A stretch of DNA of 64,000 nucleotides from Klebsiella phage vB_KM5a1-KLB31: the sequence record PP582757.1. One strand, 5' to 3'. Position numbers and translations under genes: made by a program. This document shows positions 1 to 13,722 of this stretch, piece after piece (position 1 is the stretch's first letter; the number at the start of each line of letters is the position of its first letter). The notes under the pieces are model-generated. The model worked only from the letters and a program-made list of their open reading frames with translations, did not search any database and was not told the DNA's origin.

Positions 1-1500
1 CCTGCCAGCATTACAAACGTTCAGGCCGCATTAGCGGCCATTAACCAACAGGCCGTAGATGGTATTCCTGGAGCTACTCAAACTATTATTGGTATTAGCC
101 GTTTTGCTAACCAATCTGAAGTAGATGCAGGCGTATTGACAAACGTGGCTGTTTCACCGGCTACTTTAAAATCTACCGTAACTCGTCCTCAGGCATCAGA
201 AACCGTAGTTGGTCTTACTCGTTATGCTACTGATGCCGAAGCAGTTGCTGGTACTTTACGTGATGCAGCCATTGTCCCGGCTAGTCTTAAAGCACATACT
301 AACGATCTTTTCACTCGTGTATTTGCTCGTCAGGCAACAGAAACTGCAACCGGCGTTGCCAAGATTTCTACTAGTGCAGCGGCATTAGCCGGTACCGATG
401 ATACCACTATTATGACCCCTAAGAAGACGCTAGCGGCAATTAACAATGCTACGTCTAAGATTCCATCACCATCTATTGCAACTACCACCTCTAATGGTCT
501 AGTACGTATTGCGTTGCCTGGTGAAGTAATTGCTGGGACTCTTGATAACGGTATTGCTGTTTCTCCTAAAGGATTGGCAAGCCTTATTTCTACGACCGAT
601 CGTCGTGGCCTTGTTGAATTAGCTACTGGCGCTGAAGTTTCCGGCGGTACTGATACTACTCGTGCTATTACACCTGCAACTCTTTTAAGCCGTACAGGTG
701 CTGTGAACCGTCTTGGCTTGGTTAAATTAACCACGACTGTAGGTTCTGGTGACGGTTCTACTGCATTAGCTTATAATGCTGATGTTGTCCATCTTCGTGG
801 TGGTCAAACAATTAATGGTAACTTAGGCTTAACTGGCCAAATTACCGCAGGCAACTTTAACCTAACCGGTTCTGGTACTATTGGCGGTAATTTAAACGTT
901 GTTGGTAACCTTACTCGTAATGGTCGCCAAGTTGTTACTGTTGATATGATTGGCGATGATGTTCCGGTTGGCGTAATTATGATGTGGGCTGGTCCATTAA
1001 ACCGCGTTCCTTCTAAATGGCGTCAGGCCGATGGTTGGACCGGGTATATTGGCAATAGTGCTTATGCAACTCTCCAATCTATATTCCCTAGTGGAATTCC
1101 TGATATGCGTGGTTTATTTGTTCGTGGTGCCGGTGTCGGTGTTCATATTACCAGCCAAGTAGGTACGGATTCAAAAGGTAAACCTAAATTAGGTAATGGT
1201 TGCGGTGGCGGTAGTGTAGGAACTGTTCAACCACAAATGGTTCGTACGCATAAACATGAATCTGGTTGGGGCGAGCATCTTAATCGTCTTAGTGCTAGAA
1301 ACGGTGCTACTGTTCGTAACGGTTATATGGGTTCTAACAAAACCGACTATGACAACTACAAATATTTTACTAACGGTGGCGAAGAAGTTGAAGCTGAAAA
1401 CATTCGTGATAGTTTCGGCACTATGAACTCTGCCGGCCTGATGGGCTCAGAAAACCGTCCGTGGAATATGTCGGTTTATTACATTATCAAAATACAGTAA
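1..1500 (+). CDS. 12: Short tail fibre protein gp12, 5'-truncated by the window edge
   Basis: Frame 1 is open from nt 1. The listed ORF at 136 is an internal start. Repeated VxGxxRxAT/TDDTTxxTP motifs and a C-terminus RPWNMSVYYIIK match T4 gp12 (T4: RPWNISLNYIIK). Confidence 0.8.
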   Translation, partial: PASITNVQAALAAINQQAVDGIPGATQTIIGISRFANQSEVDAGVLTNVAVSPATLKSTVTRPQASETVVGLTRYATDAEAVAGTLRDAAIVPASLKAHTNDLFTRVFARQATETATGVAKISTSAAALAGTDDTTIMTPKKTLAAINNATSKIPSPSIATTTSNGLVRIALPGEVIAGTLDNGIAVSPKGLASLISTTDRRGLVELATGAEVSGGTDTTRAITPATLLSRTGAVNRLGLVKLTTTVGSGDGSTALAYNADVVHLRGGQTINGNLGLTGQITAGNFNLTGSGTIGGNLNVVGNLTRNGRQVVTVDMIGDDVPVGVIMMWAGPLNRVPSKWRQADGWTGYIGNSAYATLQSIFPSGIPDMRGLFVRGAGVGVHITSQVGTDSKGKPKLGNGCGGGSVGTVQPQMVRTHKHESGWGEHLNRLSARNGATVRNGYMGSNKTDYDNYKYFTNGGEEVEAENIRDSFGTMNSAGLMGSENRPWNMSVYYIIKIQ

Positions 1501-1509
1501 GGAATAAAA

Positions 1510-3171
1510 ATGTTAAACAAACTGGAACTCAAAAAACTTCCGTTTGTTGATGACTGTCCTGAAGCTGACCAGAAGCGCATCCGTTGGGTGCGCAATGGTG
1601 AACTGCTCACGGCCGCATCGACTAAGTACGGTAATGACGGCGTGCTTAATGAATCCGGAGTAGGTATCTTTACGGACGTCCTTACTCTTGAGGATAATGC
1701 TAACGCTACTAAAGATTCACTTAATCTGGTTATTGACAACGTCAATAATATCAATGAAGCCCTTGAAATGGGTAGCGACGTTGATATTATCAAACAGATT
1801 AATACGAACAAAGAGAACATTGAAATTCTCCAAGTTCATATGCAATTCGCAGAAACAAATATTGGCGAACTAGAAACTGATACAGAATTTCTGAAAGAAG
1901 ATGTCGGTGTTTATGACCCTTCTAAAGATAATACTTATCGCCCTATCCGTAATGATTTAGTATTCATCAAAACTGAAATGGGTAACTATCCTGACCAGGA
2001 TATGAACGGTAATACTGAGATTGGTAAACAGTCTACTGGTATGAAGCGTCGTATTATCGACAACAGTTCGGCCATCGTTAATACTATTGCTCGTGTCCAG
2101 AAATTAGAAGACGATTATCAGGATTCTGATGTAGGTTCATTAAGTATTAAAGTAAATGAGCTTCGTGAAGAAGTAGGCCCTCGTACAGAATCTATTGGTA
2201 AGCCGGCAATTTATTCTCGTTTGACTACTCTCGAGACCGGTCAAGCAGGTTTGAAAGTTGAAATGGCCGATGTAAAGACTGCCATTAACTTTGGTTCAGG
2301 TCCTACTATTGCAACTCGTATGACCAATGCTGAAACTCGTTTAACCGGATTAGAAACCATTGTTTCTGCTCCTATTACAGGCCTTGTTCCTCGAGTAACT
2401 GCTAATGAAAATGCTATTGGTACTGCAGCACAACCATTATCCATTAATGGACGTTTGAGCACTCTTCGCACGGATTTAGATGCTTTGTCTATTGTCGTCG
2501 GTAAAGATTCAAGTTCTGGTCTTCGTGGACAGGTTACTTGGCTTACTCAAACAATGGGCACGGAAATTAACCCGGCACCTACTTCTGTTCAAGGACGTTT
2601 AAAGGTTGTTGAAACTCGTTCATTGGCTTCTGCTACTGCCATCCAGGATATTCAGACTGAAATTGGTAATAACAATAGTGGTTTGAAAGGCGCAGTGAAC
2701 CGTCATACTCGTCAATTAGATGGTACGAACCCTAACGGTAGTACTGTTGAAGAACGTGGTGTTGTTTTAAGTTGTAAACAGCTTGAAACTAAAGTTGCTT
2801 CTCAGCTTCCAGACGCACCAAGTGATGGACAGGAATATGTTCGTAAAAATGCCGCTTGGACTGTAGCTTCTGCGTTTTCTGGCGCTGCAGATGTTGCTCA
2901 GTTAAAAATTGATGTAGCAGGTCTTGATTCACGTTTAACGGCGGTTGAACTTAAGGCTAATGGTAACACTAACGATATTATAGCATTAGGTACTCGTGTT
3001 AGTAATGTCGAAACAAGCATTGCTGATTTAGATGATATCCGCCAGGATATAACTACACTTCAGCAGGCAATCGCAACTAAAATTGATGAAGCTCCTTCTG
3101 ATGGTGAAGCATATGTTCGTAAAGATGGCACATGGGTTCTCTTAAGCACGTTCTTAACACCAACTCCATAA
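1510..3171 (+). CDS. wac: Fibritin (whisker/neck fibre) with C-terminal foldon
   Basis: C-terminus [23 protein letters not shown] matches the T4 foldon [27 protein letters not shown]. Long heptad-repeat coiled-coil body. Position between genes 12 and 13. Confidence 0.9.
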   Translation: [553 protein letters not shown]

Positions 3172-3172
3172 C

Positions 3173-3194
3173 AAAAGGGCTTCGGCCCTTTTTT
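3173..3194 (+). terminator. Rho-independent terminator after wac (GGGC-UUCG-GCCC hairpin plus T6)
   Basis: aaaagggcttcggcccttttttc. The UUCG tetraloop hairpin is flanked by an A-run and a T-run. Confidence 0.6.
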
Positions 3195-3196
3195 CG

Positions 3197-3204
3197 TATA
3201 AATA
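3197..3204 (+). promoter_or_regulatory. T4-type late promoter TATAAATA for gene 13
   Basis: Exact TATAAATA lies about 25 nt upstream of the gene 13 ATG, followed by an AAGAGGA Shine-Dalgarno. Confidence 0.55.
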
Positions 3205-3228
3205 CGGTTATTAATAAGAGGACTCCTT

Positions 3229-4152
3229 ATGGCTACTGAATCTTACAACCCTAAACAGCTCAAGGACGCCATCTTGCGCCGCCTGGGCGCACCAATAGTA
3301 AATATTGAAGTTACTACTGACCAAGTATACGATTGCATCCAGCGCGCTCTAGAGCTATACGGTGAGTACCATTATGATGGGTTCAATAAAAACTATTTGG
3401 CTTTCCATATTGGCGATGACGATTTAGCTCGTGACCTAGTATTCGATCTTTCGGATAAACGAGTTTTTGCTGTTACACAAATTATTCGTACTAATGTTGG
3501 TTCATTAACTTCAATGGACGGGCAAGCAACTTATCCATGGTTCACCGATTTCGTATTAGGCCTGGCAGGTATTAATGGCGGCATGGGCTCTTCATGTAAT
3601 ACTTTTGGTCCTAATGCCTTTGGTGCTGATTTGTCTTATTTTACCCAGTTAATGCAATATCGTTCTATGATGCAGGACATCATGACTCCATTGCCTGATT
3701 ATTGGTATAATGACGACACAGGACAATTAAAAGTAATGGGTAACCTTCGTAAAGGTGACGTTCTTATAATTGAAGTTTACACTCAAAGTTTTGTTGATGT
3801 TGATGCTATGGCCGGCGGTATTGCTGGGTATGGTTATGCAGGCGTGCCTAAAGATAATTGGTCATTAAGTGATCGTTATGACGACCCATATCGCACTATG
3901 CCAGGTATTCGTGCTGGCGAAACGACTCAGCCAAAACAAGGCGCATATAATAACCGTTGGGTTAAAGATTATGCTACAGCACTTGTTAAAGAAGTGAACG
4001 GTAATATTTTAGCCAGACACCAAGGTATGCAATTGCCTGGTGGCGTGACTGTTGACGGTATGCGGTTAATTGAAGAGGCTCGAATGGAAAAAGAAAGACT
4101 CCGTGACGAACTCGATCTTTTAGACCCACCATTTGGTATTCTGGTAGGTTAA
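3229..4152 (+). CDS. 13: Neck protein gp13
   Basis: 307 aa (T4 gp13 is 309 aa). Synteny wac-13-14. Confidence 0.8.
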   Translation: MATESYNPKQLKDAILRRLGAPIVNIEVTTDQVYDCIQRALELYGEYHYDGFNKNYLAFHIGDDDLARDLVFDLSDKRVFAVTQIIRTNVGSLTSMDGQATYPWFTDFVLGLAGINGGMGSSCNTFGPNAFGADLSYFTQLMQYRSMMQDIMTPLPDYWYNDDTGQLKVMGNLRKGDVLIIEVYTQSFVDVDAMAGGIAGYGYAGVPKDNWSLSDRYDDPYRTMPGIRAGETTQPKQGAYNNRWVKDYATALVKEVNGNILARHQGMQLPGGVTVDGMRLIEEARMEKERLRDELDLLDPPFGILVG

Positions 4153-4153
4153 T

Positions 4154-4924
4154 ATGGCTACTTATGATTCAAGTTTATTTGCCAAGTTAGAAAATGACAC
4201 AGGCTATAATAAGACAAACGAAAGTGAAATACTCAATCCTTACGTAAACTTTAACAACTATCAAAACACTCAGACTTTAGCCGATGTTATTGTTGCTGAA
4301 AGTATTCAGATGCGTGGAATTGAAATGTATTACATTCCACGTCAGTTTGTTAAACCTGATATTATTTTTGGTGAAGACCCTCAATCTAAATTTGACAAGG
4401 CCTGGAAGTTTGCGGCTTATCTTGATAGCTTTGATGGTTATTCCGGTGACAATACCTATTTCAGTAAATTCGGTATGATGGTCAATGACGAAGTTACGTT
4501 AACCATTAACCCTAATCTGTTCAAGCACCAAACAAATGGTAAAGAACCTATTGCCGGTGACTTGGTTTATTTCCCTATGGATAACAGTTTGTTCGAAATA
4601 AACTGGGTCCAACCATATGACCCGTTCTATCAGATGGGTCAGAACGCCATGCGTAAAATAACGGCTACTAAGTTCGTTTACTCTGGCGAAGAACTTAAAC
4701 CAGAGCTTCAGCGAAATGAAGGAATTAACATTCCTGAGTTCAGCGAACTCGACTTGATGCCTGTTCAGAATATCGATGGTTTGGCTGATATCGATAATGA
4801 CCAGTATGCAGAAAGTAAAGCTTTCAATGATGAAGCGGAAACATTTGTTGAACCGTATATTGTTATCAATGGCCGAGGTCGAGAAGCTCCTAAAGGTCCT
4901 TTTGATGATGATTTCATGTCATAA
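4154..4924 (+). CDS. 14: Neck protein gp14
   Basis: 256 aa, the same length as T4 gp14. Start is 2 nt after the gp13 stop. Confidence 0.8.
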   Translation: MATYDSSLFAKLENDTGYNKTNESEILNPYVNFNNYQNTQTLADVIVAESIQMRGIEMYYIPRQFVKPDIIFGEDPQSKFDKAWKFAAYLDSFDGYSGDNTYFSKFGMMVNDEVTLTINPNLFKHQTNGKEPIAGDLVYFPMDNSLFEINWVQPYDPFYQMGQNAMRKITATKFVYSGEELKPELQRNEGINIPEFSELDLMPVQNIDGLADIDNDQYAESKAFNDEAETFVEPYIVINGRGREAPKGPFDDDFMS

Positions 4925-4937
4925 ATAAAGCATATAA

Positions 4938-4957
4938 CAGCCCGGTTTCCCGGGCTT
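4938..4957 (+). other. GC hairpin (AGCCCGG-TTTC-CCGGGCT) in the 5' leader of gene 15, downstream of a CATAAATA late-promoter-like box at 4920-4927
   Basis: Perfect 7-bp stem. Sits between the promoter-like box and the GGAGAAA Shine-Dalgarno of gene 15. Confidence 0.4.
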
Positions 4958-4967
4958 AGGAGAAATA

Positions 4968-5833
4968 ATGTTTGGACATTGGTACAATTCGTCTTTACGC
5001 CGCTATATCGTGTTAATGGGTGATTTGTTTTCCCATGTTCAAATTGCACGCCAGCGTTCAGACGGTGAAAGATATATTAAGGTGCCTATTACATACGCAT
5101 CTAAAGAACATTTCATGGCACAGATTAATAAGTGGACGGCTATTCAAAACCTTCCTCCAGACCCTAATCAGTGTTCAAAAGAAGAATACATGACGGCTAA
5201 GGCTAAAATAGAAACGGTTCTTCCTCGTATGAACCTTCATTTAGTCGATATGATGTACAACTCACAATATAAAACATCTATCCAAAACCGTACTTTGGCC
5301 CAGTATCAAAATGGTGACCCACGTAAACCTATTTCACAGTTTGCGCCAGTCCCAATGAAAATGATTTTTGAATTAGGCATTCATACTCGTAATCAAGATG
5401 ACATGTTCCAGATTATCGAACAGATTATGCCTTATTTCCAGCCACACTTTAATACAACAATAACGGAAATCTATACGAATGAAATCAAGTTCGAACGTGA
5501 TGTCCGTATCGTATTTCAGTCTTTGGCAATGGATGAACAAGTAGAAGGCGATAATATTTCTCGTCGTAGACTTGAATGGTCTGTTATGTTCGAAGTTAAT
5601 GGATGGTTATACCCGCCAGTTTCAGATTTGAATGGCGAGATTCGAACTGTTTATTTGGATTTCTTTGCCAACAGTAAAGAATTGAATCCGGAAGGTAATT
5701 TTGAATCGGTTGACACTGAAGTAGTTCCAAGAGATGTTGAAGAAGAAGATTGGGACGGAACTTCTAAACAAACTTATTCTCATGACATTCCTATTCCGGT
5801 TGACCCTAACCCACCTGGCCCTAGAGGTACATA

Positions 5834-5834
<1 letters not shown>
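4968..5834 (+). CDS. 15: Tail sheath stabiliser / tail completion protein gp15
   Basis: 288 aa. Synteny 14-15-16. Confidence 0.8.
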
Positions 5835-8156
<2,322 letters not shown>

Positions 8157-8183
8157 AAATAAAGCAATTACTGAGGACATATT

Positions 8184-10163
8184 ATGTTACTATCTCCGGG
8201 CATTGAGCTCAAAGAAACCAGTGTACAGAGCACTGTGGTTCGTAACGCTACGGGTCGTGCTGCTCTGGTTGGTAAATTCCAGTGGGGTCCTGCATTCCAG
8301 GTCGTACAGATTACCAACGAAGTAGAGCTGGTTGACACGTTTGGTACACCAAATAATGATGTAGCCGATTATTTCATGAGTGGCATGAACTTCCTGCAAT
8401 ATGGTAACGACTTACGTACTGTTCGTGTTGTTAACCGTGATGCTGCTAAGAACGCTTCTCCTGTGGCAGGCAACATTGAATCAACAATTAATACCGCTGG
8501 TTCTAACTATAAAGTTGGCGATGCAATTCGAGTTAAACGTCTGACTGATGTTATCGAATCTGAAGGTAAAATTACTAAAGTAGGAACTGGTGGTCAAATC
8601 CAGGCTGTATTCATTCCTTCTGGTAAAATTATCGCTCATGCTAAATCAGTAGGTGAATATCCTAATTTAGGTTCCGCATGGACTGCCGAAATTACCTCGA
8701 GTTCTTCCGGTGTTTCCGGTACTATTTCTATCGGCGCTATTGAAACCGATTCCGGTATTCTTCTGACCGAAGCAGAATCTGCTCTGAGCGAAATCCAGTC
8801 TCTGGAATTCCAGGCAGAACTGGCGAAATATTCTATGCCTGGTATCGTAGCCCTTTATCCTGGTGAAATCGGTTCTACTATCGAAGTTGAAGTAGTTTCT
8901 TATGCCGATTACCAGAAAGGAAATGCTCTTCAGCTGCCAATTTACCCTACTGGTGGTACTCGTGCTTCCGTAGCTAAGGCTATTTTCAATTACGGCCCAC
9001 AGACTGAAAACCAGTACGCAATTATTGTTCGTCGTGATGGCGCAGTGGTTGAAAACGTAATTCTGTCTACCCTTCGTGGTGAAAAAGACGTTTACGGTAA
9101 TAACATCTTTATGGATGATTATTTCGCTAAAGGTACAAGCAACTACATCTTCGCTACTTCTCTGAACTGGCCAGCCGGTTTCAGCGGTGTAATTAAGATG
9201 CAAGGTGGTTTGTCAGCAAACGATCAAGTTACCGCCGGTGACCTGATGCAAGGTTGGGACCTGTTCGCAGATCGTGAAGCCCTGCATATTAACCTGTTAA
9301 TTGCAGGTGCTTGTTCCGGTGAAGGTGATGCTACTGCTTCTACTGTACAGAAACACGTTGTGTCTATTGCAGACGAACGTCAGGATTGCCTGGCATTTAT
9401 TTCTCCGCCTAAAGGTCTGATGGTTAACGTTCCACTTCAGCGCGCTGTTGATAACCTTATCGATTGGCGTGGTGGTACTGGTGCATTCGACACCGATAAC
9501 ATGAACATAAGCACGACTTATGCTGCTATCGATGGCAACTATAAATATCAATATGATAAGTACAACGATGTGAACCGTTGGGTTCCGTTAGCTGCCGATA
9601 TGGCTGGTCTGTGTGCTCGTACGGATGACGTAAGTCAGCCTTGGATGTCTCCAGCCGGTTATAACCGTGGTCAGTTACTGAACGTTATTAAACTTGCTAT
9701 TGAGCCTCGTCAGTCTCATCGTGATCGTATGTACCAGGACGGTATTAACCCAGTTGTTGGTTTTGCTGGTGGTGATGGCTTTGTTCTGTTTGGCGATAAA
9801 ACTGCGACTAAGGTTCCGTCTCCGATGGACCACATCAACGTACGTCGTCTGATGAACATGCTCAAGAAAAATATCGGTGATGCTTCTAAATACAAACTGT
9901 TCGAGCTGAACGACAACTTCACTCGCTCTAGTTTCCGTATGGAAACAGCCCAGTACTTGGCCGGTATTAAAGCATTGGGTGGTATTTACGAAGGTCGTGT
10001 GGTTTGTGATACTACGAACAACACTCCGTCCGTTATCGACCGTAACGAGTTCGTAGCTTCTATCTACGTTAAACCTGCACGTAGCATCAACTATATCACT
10101 CTGAACTTCGTAGCAACCTCTACAGGTGCCGACTTCGACGAGTTGATTGGTCCTGCTCAGTAA
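8184..10163 (+). CDS. 18: Tail sheath protein gp18
   Basis: 659 aa, identical in length to T4 gp18. Position after gene 17. Confidence 0.95.
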   Translation: MLLSPGIELKETSVQSTVVRNATGRAALVGKFQWGPAFQVVQITNEVELVDTFGTPNNDVADYFMSGMNFLQYGNDLRTVRVVNRDAAKNASPVAGNIESTINTAGSNYKVGDAIRVKRLTDVIESEGKITKVGTGGQIQAVFIPSGKIIAHAKSVGEYPNLGSAWTAEITSSSSGVSGTISIGAIETDSGILLTEAESALSEIQSLEFQAELAKYSMPGIVALYPGEIGSTIEVEVVSYADYQKGNALQLPIYPTGGTRASVAKAIFNYGPQTENQYAIIVRRDGAVVENVILSTLRGEKDVYGNNIFMDDYFAKGTSNYIFATSLNWPAGFSGVIKMQGGLSANDQVTAGDLMQGWDLFADREALHINLLIAGACSGEGDATASTVQKHVVSIADERQDCLAFISPPKGLMVNVPLQRAVDNLIDWRGGTGAFDTDNMNISTTYAAIDGNYKYQYDKYNDVNRWVPLAADMAGLCARTDDVSQPWMSPAGYNRGQLLNVIKLAIEPRQSHRDRMYQDGINPVVGFAGGDGFVLFGDKTATKVPSPMDHINVRRLMNMLKKNIGDASKYKLFELNDNFTRSSFRMETAQYLAGIKALGGIYEGRVVCDTTNNTPSVIDRNEFVASIYVKPARSINYITLNFVATSTGADFDELIGPAQ

Positions 10164-10246
10164 GACGACGCCAGGGCTCTTTAATTAGGGCCCTGACAAT
10201 ATCTTATCAGGTAAAAATTAAATTCAACAGGCCCCGCCTGGAACGT

Positions 10247-10254
10247 TATAAATA
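10247..10254 (+). promoter_or_regulatory. Late promoter TATAAATA for gene 19
   Basis: Exact TATAAATA 12 nt upstream of the gene 19 ATG. Confidence 0.55.
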
Positions 10255-10265
10255 AAGAGAGAACT

Positions 10266-10757
10266 ATGGAACTTACCGATATCACTCGCGCTTTTGAATC
10301 AGGTGACTTCGCACGTCCTAACCTGTTCGAAGTTGAAATTCCTTTCTTAGGAAAAAACTTCAGCTTCAAATGTAAAGCGGCCCCTATGCCAGCAGGCATC
10401 GTAGAAAAAGTACCAGTCGGTTATATGAACCGTAAAATCAACGTAGCGGGCGACCGTACATTTGATGATTGGACAATTACCATCTATAATGATGATGCTC
10501 ATGACACTCGTCAGGCCATTGTTGATTGGCAGAATCTTTGCCATGGTATGACCAACGAAATTACTGGTGCAGCACCGGCAGAATATAAAAAAGTTGCAAC
10601 CGTTCGTCAATTCCATCGTGATGGCAAGACTATTACTAAAGAAGTGACTATTACCGGTTTGTGGCCTACCAACGTTGGTGAAGTTCAGATGGATTGGGAT
10701 TCGAATAACGAAGTTGAAACATTTGAAACAACCTTCGCTATTGACTGGTGGGAATAA
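10266..10757 (+). CDS. 19: Tail tube protein gp19
   Basis: 163 aa, the same length as T4 gp19. Confidence 0.95.
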   Translation: MELTDITRAFESGDFARPNLFEVEIPFLGKNFSFKCKAAPMPAGIVEKVPVGYMNRKINVAGDRTFDDWTITIYNDDAHDTRQAIVDWQNLCHGMTNEITGAAPAEYKKVATVRQFHRDGKTITKEVTITGLWPTNVGEVQMDWDSNNEVETFETTFAIDWWE

Positions 10758-10760
10758 GCA

Positions 10761-10794
10761 TATAAATAGTATTATCAAGGAGACTTCGGTCTCC
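10761..10794 (+). promoter_or_regulatory. Late promoter TATAAATA (10761-10768) followed by a GGAGAC-UUCG-GUCUCC leader hairpin (10779-10794) for gene 20
   Basis: Exact TATAAATA, then a perfect 6-bp stem with UUCG tetraloop before the ATG at 10817. Confidence 0.5.
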
Positions 10795-10816
10795 TTTCCC
10801 TACTTCGGAGACTCTA

Positions 10817-12394
10817 ATGGCAGCATTTAATAATAACATACTAAGTATTTTTGCTCCGTGGGCAAAAGCCGACGAGCTTGAATACAAAGAACAATTAAAC
10901 AACGATTTAGAGTCCATCACGGCGCCGAAGTTAGATGATGGAGCTCGTGAAGTCGAAGCTCAAGAACGTGATGTCCCATATAACGCGTTGATGCAACAGA
11001 TGTTCGGTACTAATGAACCGTTCATGAAAAATACGCGTGAACTTATCGACACGTATCGTAATTTAATGAATAACTACGAAGTTGATAACGCTGTTGCAAA
11101 CATTGTTTCTGATGCTATCGTCTATGAAGATGACCATGATGTGGTTTCATTAAATCTTGACGGTACCAAGTTTAGTCAAAATATTAAAGATAAAATTCTT
11201 GAAGAGTTCGGTGATGTTTTAAATTGCCTGAACTTCCAACGTAAAGGCACCGACCATTTCCAACGTTGGTATGTTGATTCACGAATCTTCTTCCATAAGA
11301 TTATTAACGTGAACAAACCAAAAGAAGGTATTCAAGAACTTCGTCGTTTAGACCCACGTCAATTACAGTTCGTTCGTGAAGTTGTTACTAAAAACGAAGC
11401 TGGCGTAAAAATTGTAGAAGGATATCGTGAATATTTCATCTATGATACTGGTCTAGAAAGTTATTCGTGTGATGGGCGTATTTACGAAGCCGGAACAAAA
11501 ATTAAAATTCCACGGGCTGCAATCGTATATGCTCATTCAGGTTTGTTATCATGTTGTGGTAAGAACATTATTGGTTATTTGCATCGTGCAATTAAACCAG
11601 CAAACCAGTTAAAATTAATGGAAGATGCGTTAGTCATCTACCGTATTACCCGTGCTCCTGACCGTCGTGTATTCTACATTGATACCGGCAACATGCCTTC
11701 ACGTAAGGCCGCAGCACACATGCAACATATTATGAACACGATGAAAAACCGTGTCGTATATGATGCCACGACAGGTAAAATTAAAAACCAGCAACACAAT
11801 ATGTCTATGACTGAAGACTATTGGCTGCAGCGTCGTGATGGTAAAGCAGTTACCGAAGTTGATACCATGCCTGGTGCTACTGGTATGTCGGATATGGACG
11901 ACGTTCGTTATTTCCGCCAGTGCTTATATCGTGCTCTGCGTATTCCTGAATCACGTATTCCTAGTGACCAGAACAGCGGTGTAATGTTCGATGCAGGTAC
12001 AACTGTTTCACGTGATGAACTTCAGTTTGCTAAATGGATTCGTCAGCTTCAAAACAAATTTGAGGAAATATTCCTCGACCCTCTGAAAACCAACTTAATT
12101 CTGAAGAAAATCATCACAGAAGATGAGTGGAATGAAGAGATAAATAATATTAAAGTTGTGTTTAACCGTGATAGCTATTTCAGCGAAATGAAAGATGCCG
12201 AAATCATGGAACGCAGAATCAATATGCTAACAATGGCCGAGCCGTTTATCGGTAAGTACATTTCCCATAATACAGCTATGAAGGATTTCCTTCAGATGTC
12301 TGATGAGGAAATTAACCAAGAAGCTAAGCAAATTGAATTAGAGTCCGATGAGGCTCGTTTCCAAAACCCAGACGAAGAAGAAGAGGAATTCTAA
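10817..12394 (+). CDS. 20: Portal vertex protein gp20
   Basis: 525 aa (T4 gp20 is 524 aa). Position between genes 19 and 67. Confidence 0.95.
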   Translation: MAAFNNNILSIFAPWAKADELEYKEQLNNDLESITAPKLDDGAREVEAQERDVPYNALMQQMFGTNEPFMKNTRELIDTYRNLMNNYEVDNAVANIVSDAIVYEDDHDVVSLNLDGTKFSQNIKDKILEEFGDVLNCLNFQRKGTDHFQRWYVDSRIFFHKIINVNKPKEGIQELRRLDPRQLQFVREVVTKNEAGVKIVEGYREYFIYDTGLESYSCDGRIYEAGTKIKIPRAAIVYAHSGLLSCCGKNIIGYLHRAIKPANQLKLMEDALVIYRITRAPDRRVFYIDTGNMPSRKAAAHMQHIMNTMKNRVVYDATTGKIKNQQHNMSMTEDYWLQRRDGKAVTEVDTMPGATGMSDMDDVRYFRQCLYRALRIPESRIPSDQNSGVMFDAGTTVSRDELQFAKWIRQLQNKFEEIFLDPLKTNLILKKIITEDEWNEEINNIKVVFNRDSYFSEMKDAEIMERRINMLTMAEPFIGKYISHNTAMKDFLQMSDEEINQEAKQIELESDEARFQNPDEEEEEF

Positions 12395-12660
12395 TGGAAG
12401 ATTTAATCGAAGCTATTAAATCAAACGACCTCGTCGCAGTCCGTAAGGCATTTAGTACCTTGATGACTGAGAAGAAAACTAGTTTGATTGAAGAGCGTAA
12501 GGTCGAAATCGCTCGTTCCGTAATGATTGAAGGCGAAGAAGCTGAAGACGACGAGGACGATGAAGACGAAGGTAAAGACAAAGACGACAAATCTGATAAA
12601 GATGACAAGTCCGATAAGTCTGACAAAAAGCCTGGTAAAGACGATAAAGAGGAAGAATAA
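12394..12660 (+). CDS. 67: Prohead core protein gp67
   Basis: 88 aa with a highly acidic D/E/K-rich C-terminus ([15 protein letters not shown]). ATGA overlap with the gene 20 stop. Position as in T4. Confidence 0.7.
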   Translation: MEDLIEAIKSNDLVAVRKAFSTLMTEKKTSLIEERKVEIARSVMIEGEEAEDDEDDEDEGKDKDDKSDKDDKSDKSDKKPGKDDKEEE

Positions 12661-13088
12661 TGTTCCTTATCCCTGATGAATATGAATTAGTAACGGAAAA
12701 CGTTGACAAGTTAATTCCAGAAGCACAGGGTCGTTTTGCCGAATTATCTGCAGCATTAGATAAAGCAGATATAAATAATCTTGTAGAGAACATGATTGCA
12801 GGTGGTGATATCGAAATGGGTATCGCACTTGGTTCATTGAATGAAGAAATGCAGTTAGACGAATTCATCGTAAAACACGTTTCTTCTCGCGGTGAACTTA
12901 CGCGTACTAAAGACCGTAAGACACGTGAGCGTAATGCATTCCAGACTACCGGATTATCTAAAGCAAAACGTCGTCAGATTGCTCGCAAAGCATCTAAGAC
13001 CAAACGTGCTAATCCTTCTATTCAGGTTCGTGGTGAGCGTAAACGTAAAAAAGCTCGTGCGAAACGTAAAGCATTTGGACTCTCATAA
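12660..13088 (+). CDS. 68: Prohead core protein gp68
   Basis: 142 aa (T4 gp68 is 141 aa). Basic C-terminus. Translationally coupled to genes 67 and 21. Confidence 0.7.
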   Translation: MFLIPDEYELVTENVDKLIPEAQGRFAELSAALDKADINNLVENMIAGGDIEMGIALGSLNEEMQLDEFIVKHVSSRGELTRTKDRKTRERNAFQTTGLSKAKRRQIARKASKTKRANPSIQVRGERKRKKARAKRKAFGLS

Positions 13089-13717
13089 TGAATGAACCCA
13101 TGTTACTAATTGAAACATGGGGTCAGCCAGGCGAGATTAAAGACGGTGTTCCTATGATGGAATCCCACGATGGAACGGAATCTGGTTTAAAGCCAGGCCT
13201 TTATATCGAAGGTGTCTTTATGCAAGCCGAAGTAGTTAACCGTAATAAACGCCTTTATCCTAAACGTATTTTGGAAAAAGCCGTGGCCAATTATATGGCT
13301 GAACAGGTTGCTACTAAACAAGCACTTGGAGAATTAAACCATCCACCTCGTGCAAATGTTGACCCTATGCAAGCCGCTATTATTATCGAAGATATGTGGT
13401 GGAAAGGCAACGACGTATATGGTCGTGCAAGAATTATTGAAGGTGACCACGGTCCGGGTGATAAACTCGCTGCTAATATCCGTGCTGGTTGGGTTCCTGG
13501 TGTCTCTAGTCGAGGTCTAGGCTCTTTAACTAAATCGCCTAAAGGATATAACATCGTTAACGAAGGTTTTAAATTGACGGTGGGTGTTGACGCTGTATGG
13601 GGTCCTAGTGCTCCTGATGCATGGGTTACGCCAAAACAAATTACTGAATCTACTGAAGATTACAGTGCCGATAACGAATTCCTTGCTCTTGCTAAAGCAC
13701 TCAAGAATTCGTTATAA
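13088..13717 (+). CDS. 21: Prohead core protease gp21
   Basis: 209 aa (T4 gp21 is 212 aa). Synteny 68-21-22. Confidence 0.9.
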   Translation: MNEPMLLIETWGQPGEIKDGVPMMESHDGTESGLKPGLYIEGVFMQAEVVNRNKRLYPKRILEKAVANYMAEQVATKQALGELNHPPRANVDPMQAAIIIEDMWWKGNDVYGRARIIEGDHGPGDKLAANIRAGWVPGVSSRGLGSLTKSPKGYNIVNEGFKLTVGVDAVWGPSAPDAWVTPKQITESTEDYSADNEFLALAKALKNSL

Positions 13718-13722
13718 ATAAT

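Noticed and set aside
330-734. Minus-strand ORF inside gene 12. Similar ORFs 1479-1820 and 2241-2471 inside gene 12 and wac
   Set aside because: Antisense to conserved structural genes, with no translation signals.
8667-9203. 178-aa minus-strand ORF within gene 18. Similar ORFs 9297-9551 and 9716-9922
   Set aside because: Antisense to the tail sheath gene. No signals.
12324-12626. Ser-rich 100-aa minus-strand ORF ([15 protein letters not shown]...)
   Set aside because: It is the reverse complement of the acidic D/E/K-rich repeat at the gp67 C-terminus. A composition artefact.
12394-12660. Tandem DKSDK repeats in gp67 as a possible DNA repeat or CRISPR-like array
   Set aside because: This is a short in-frame codon repeat encoding the acidic tail of a core protein. 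There is no spacer/repeat architecture.
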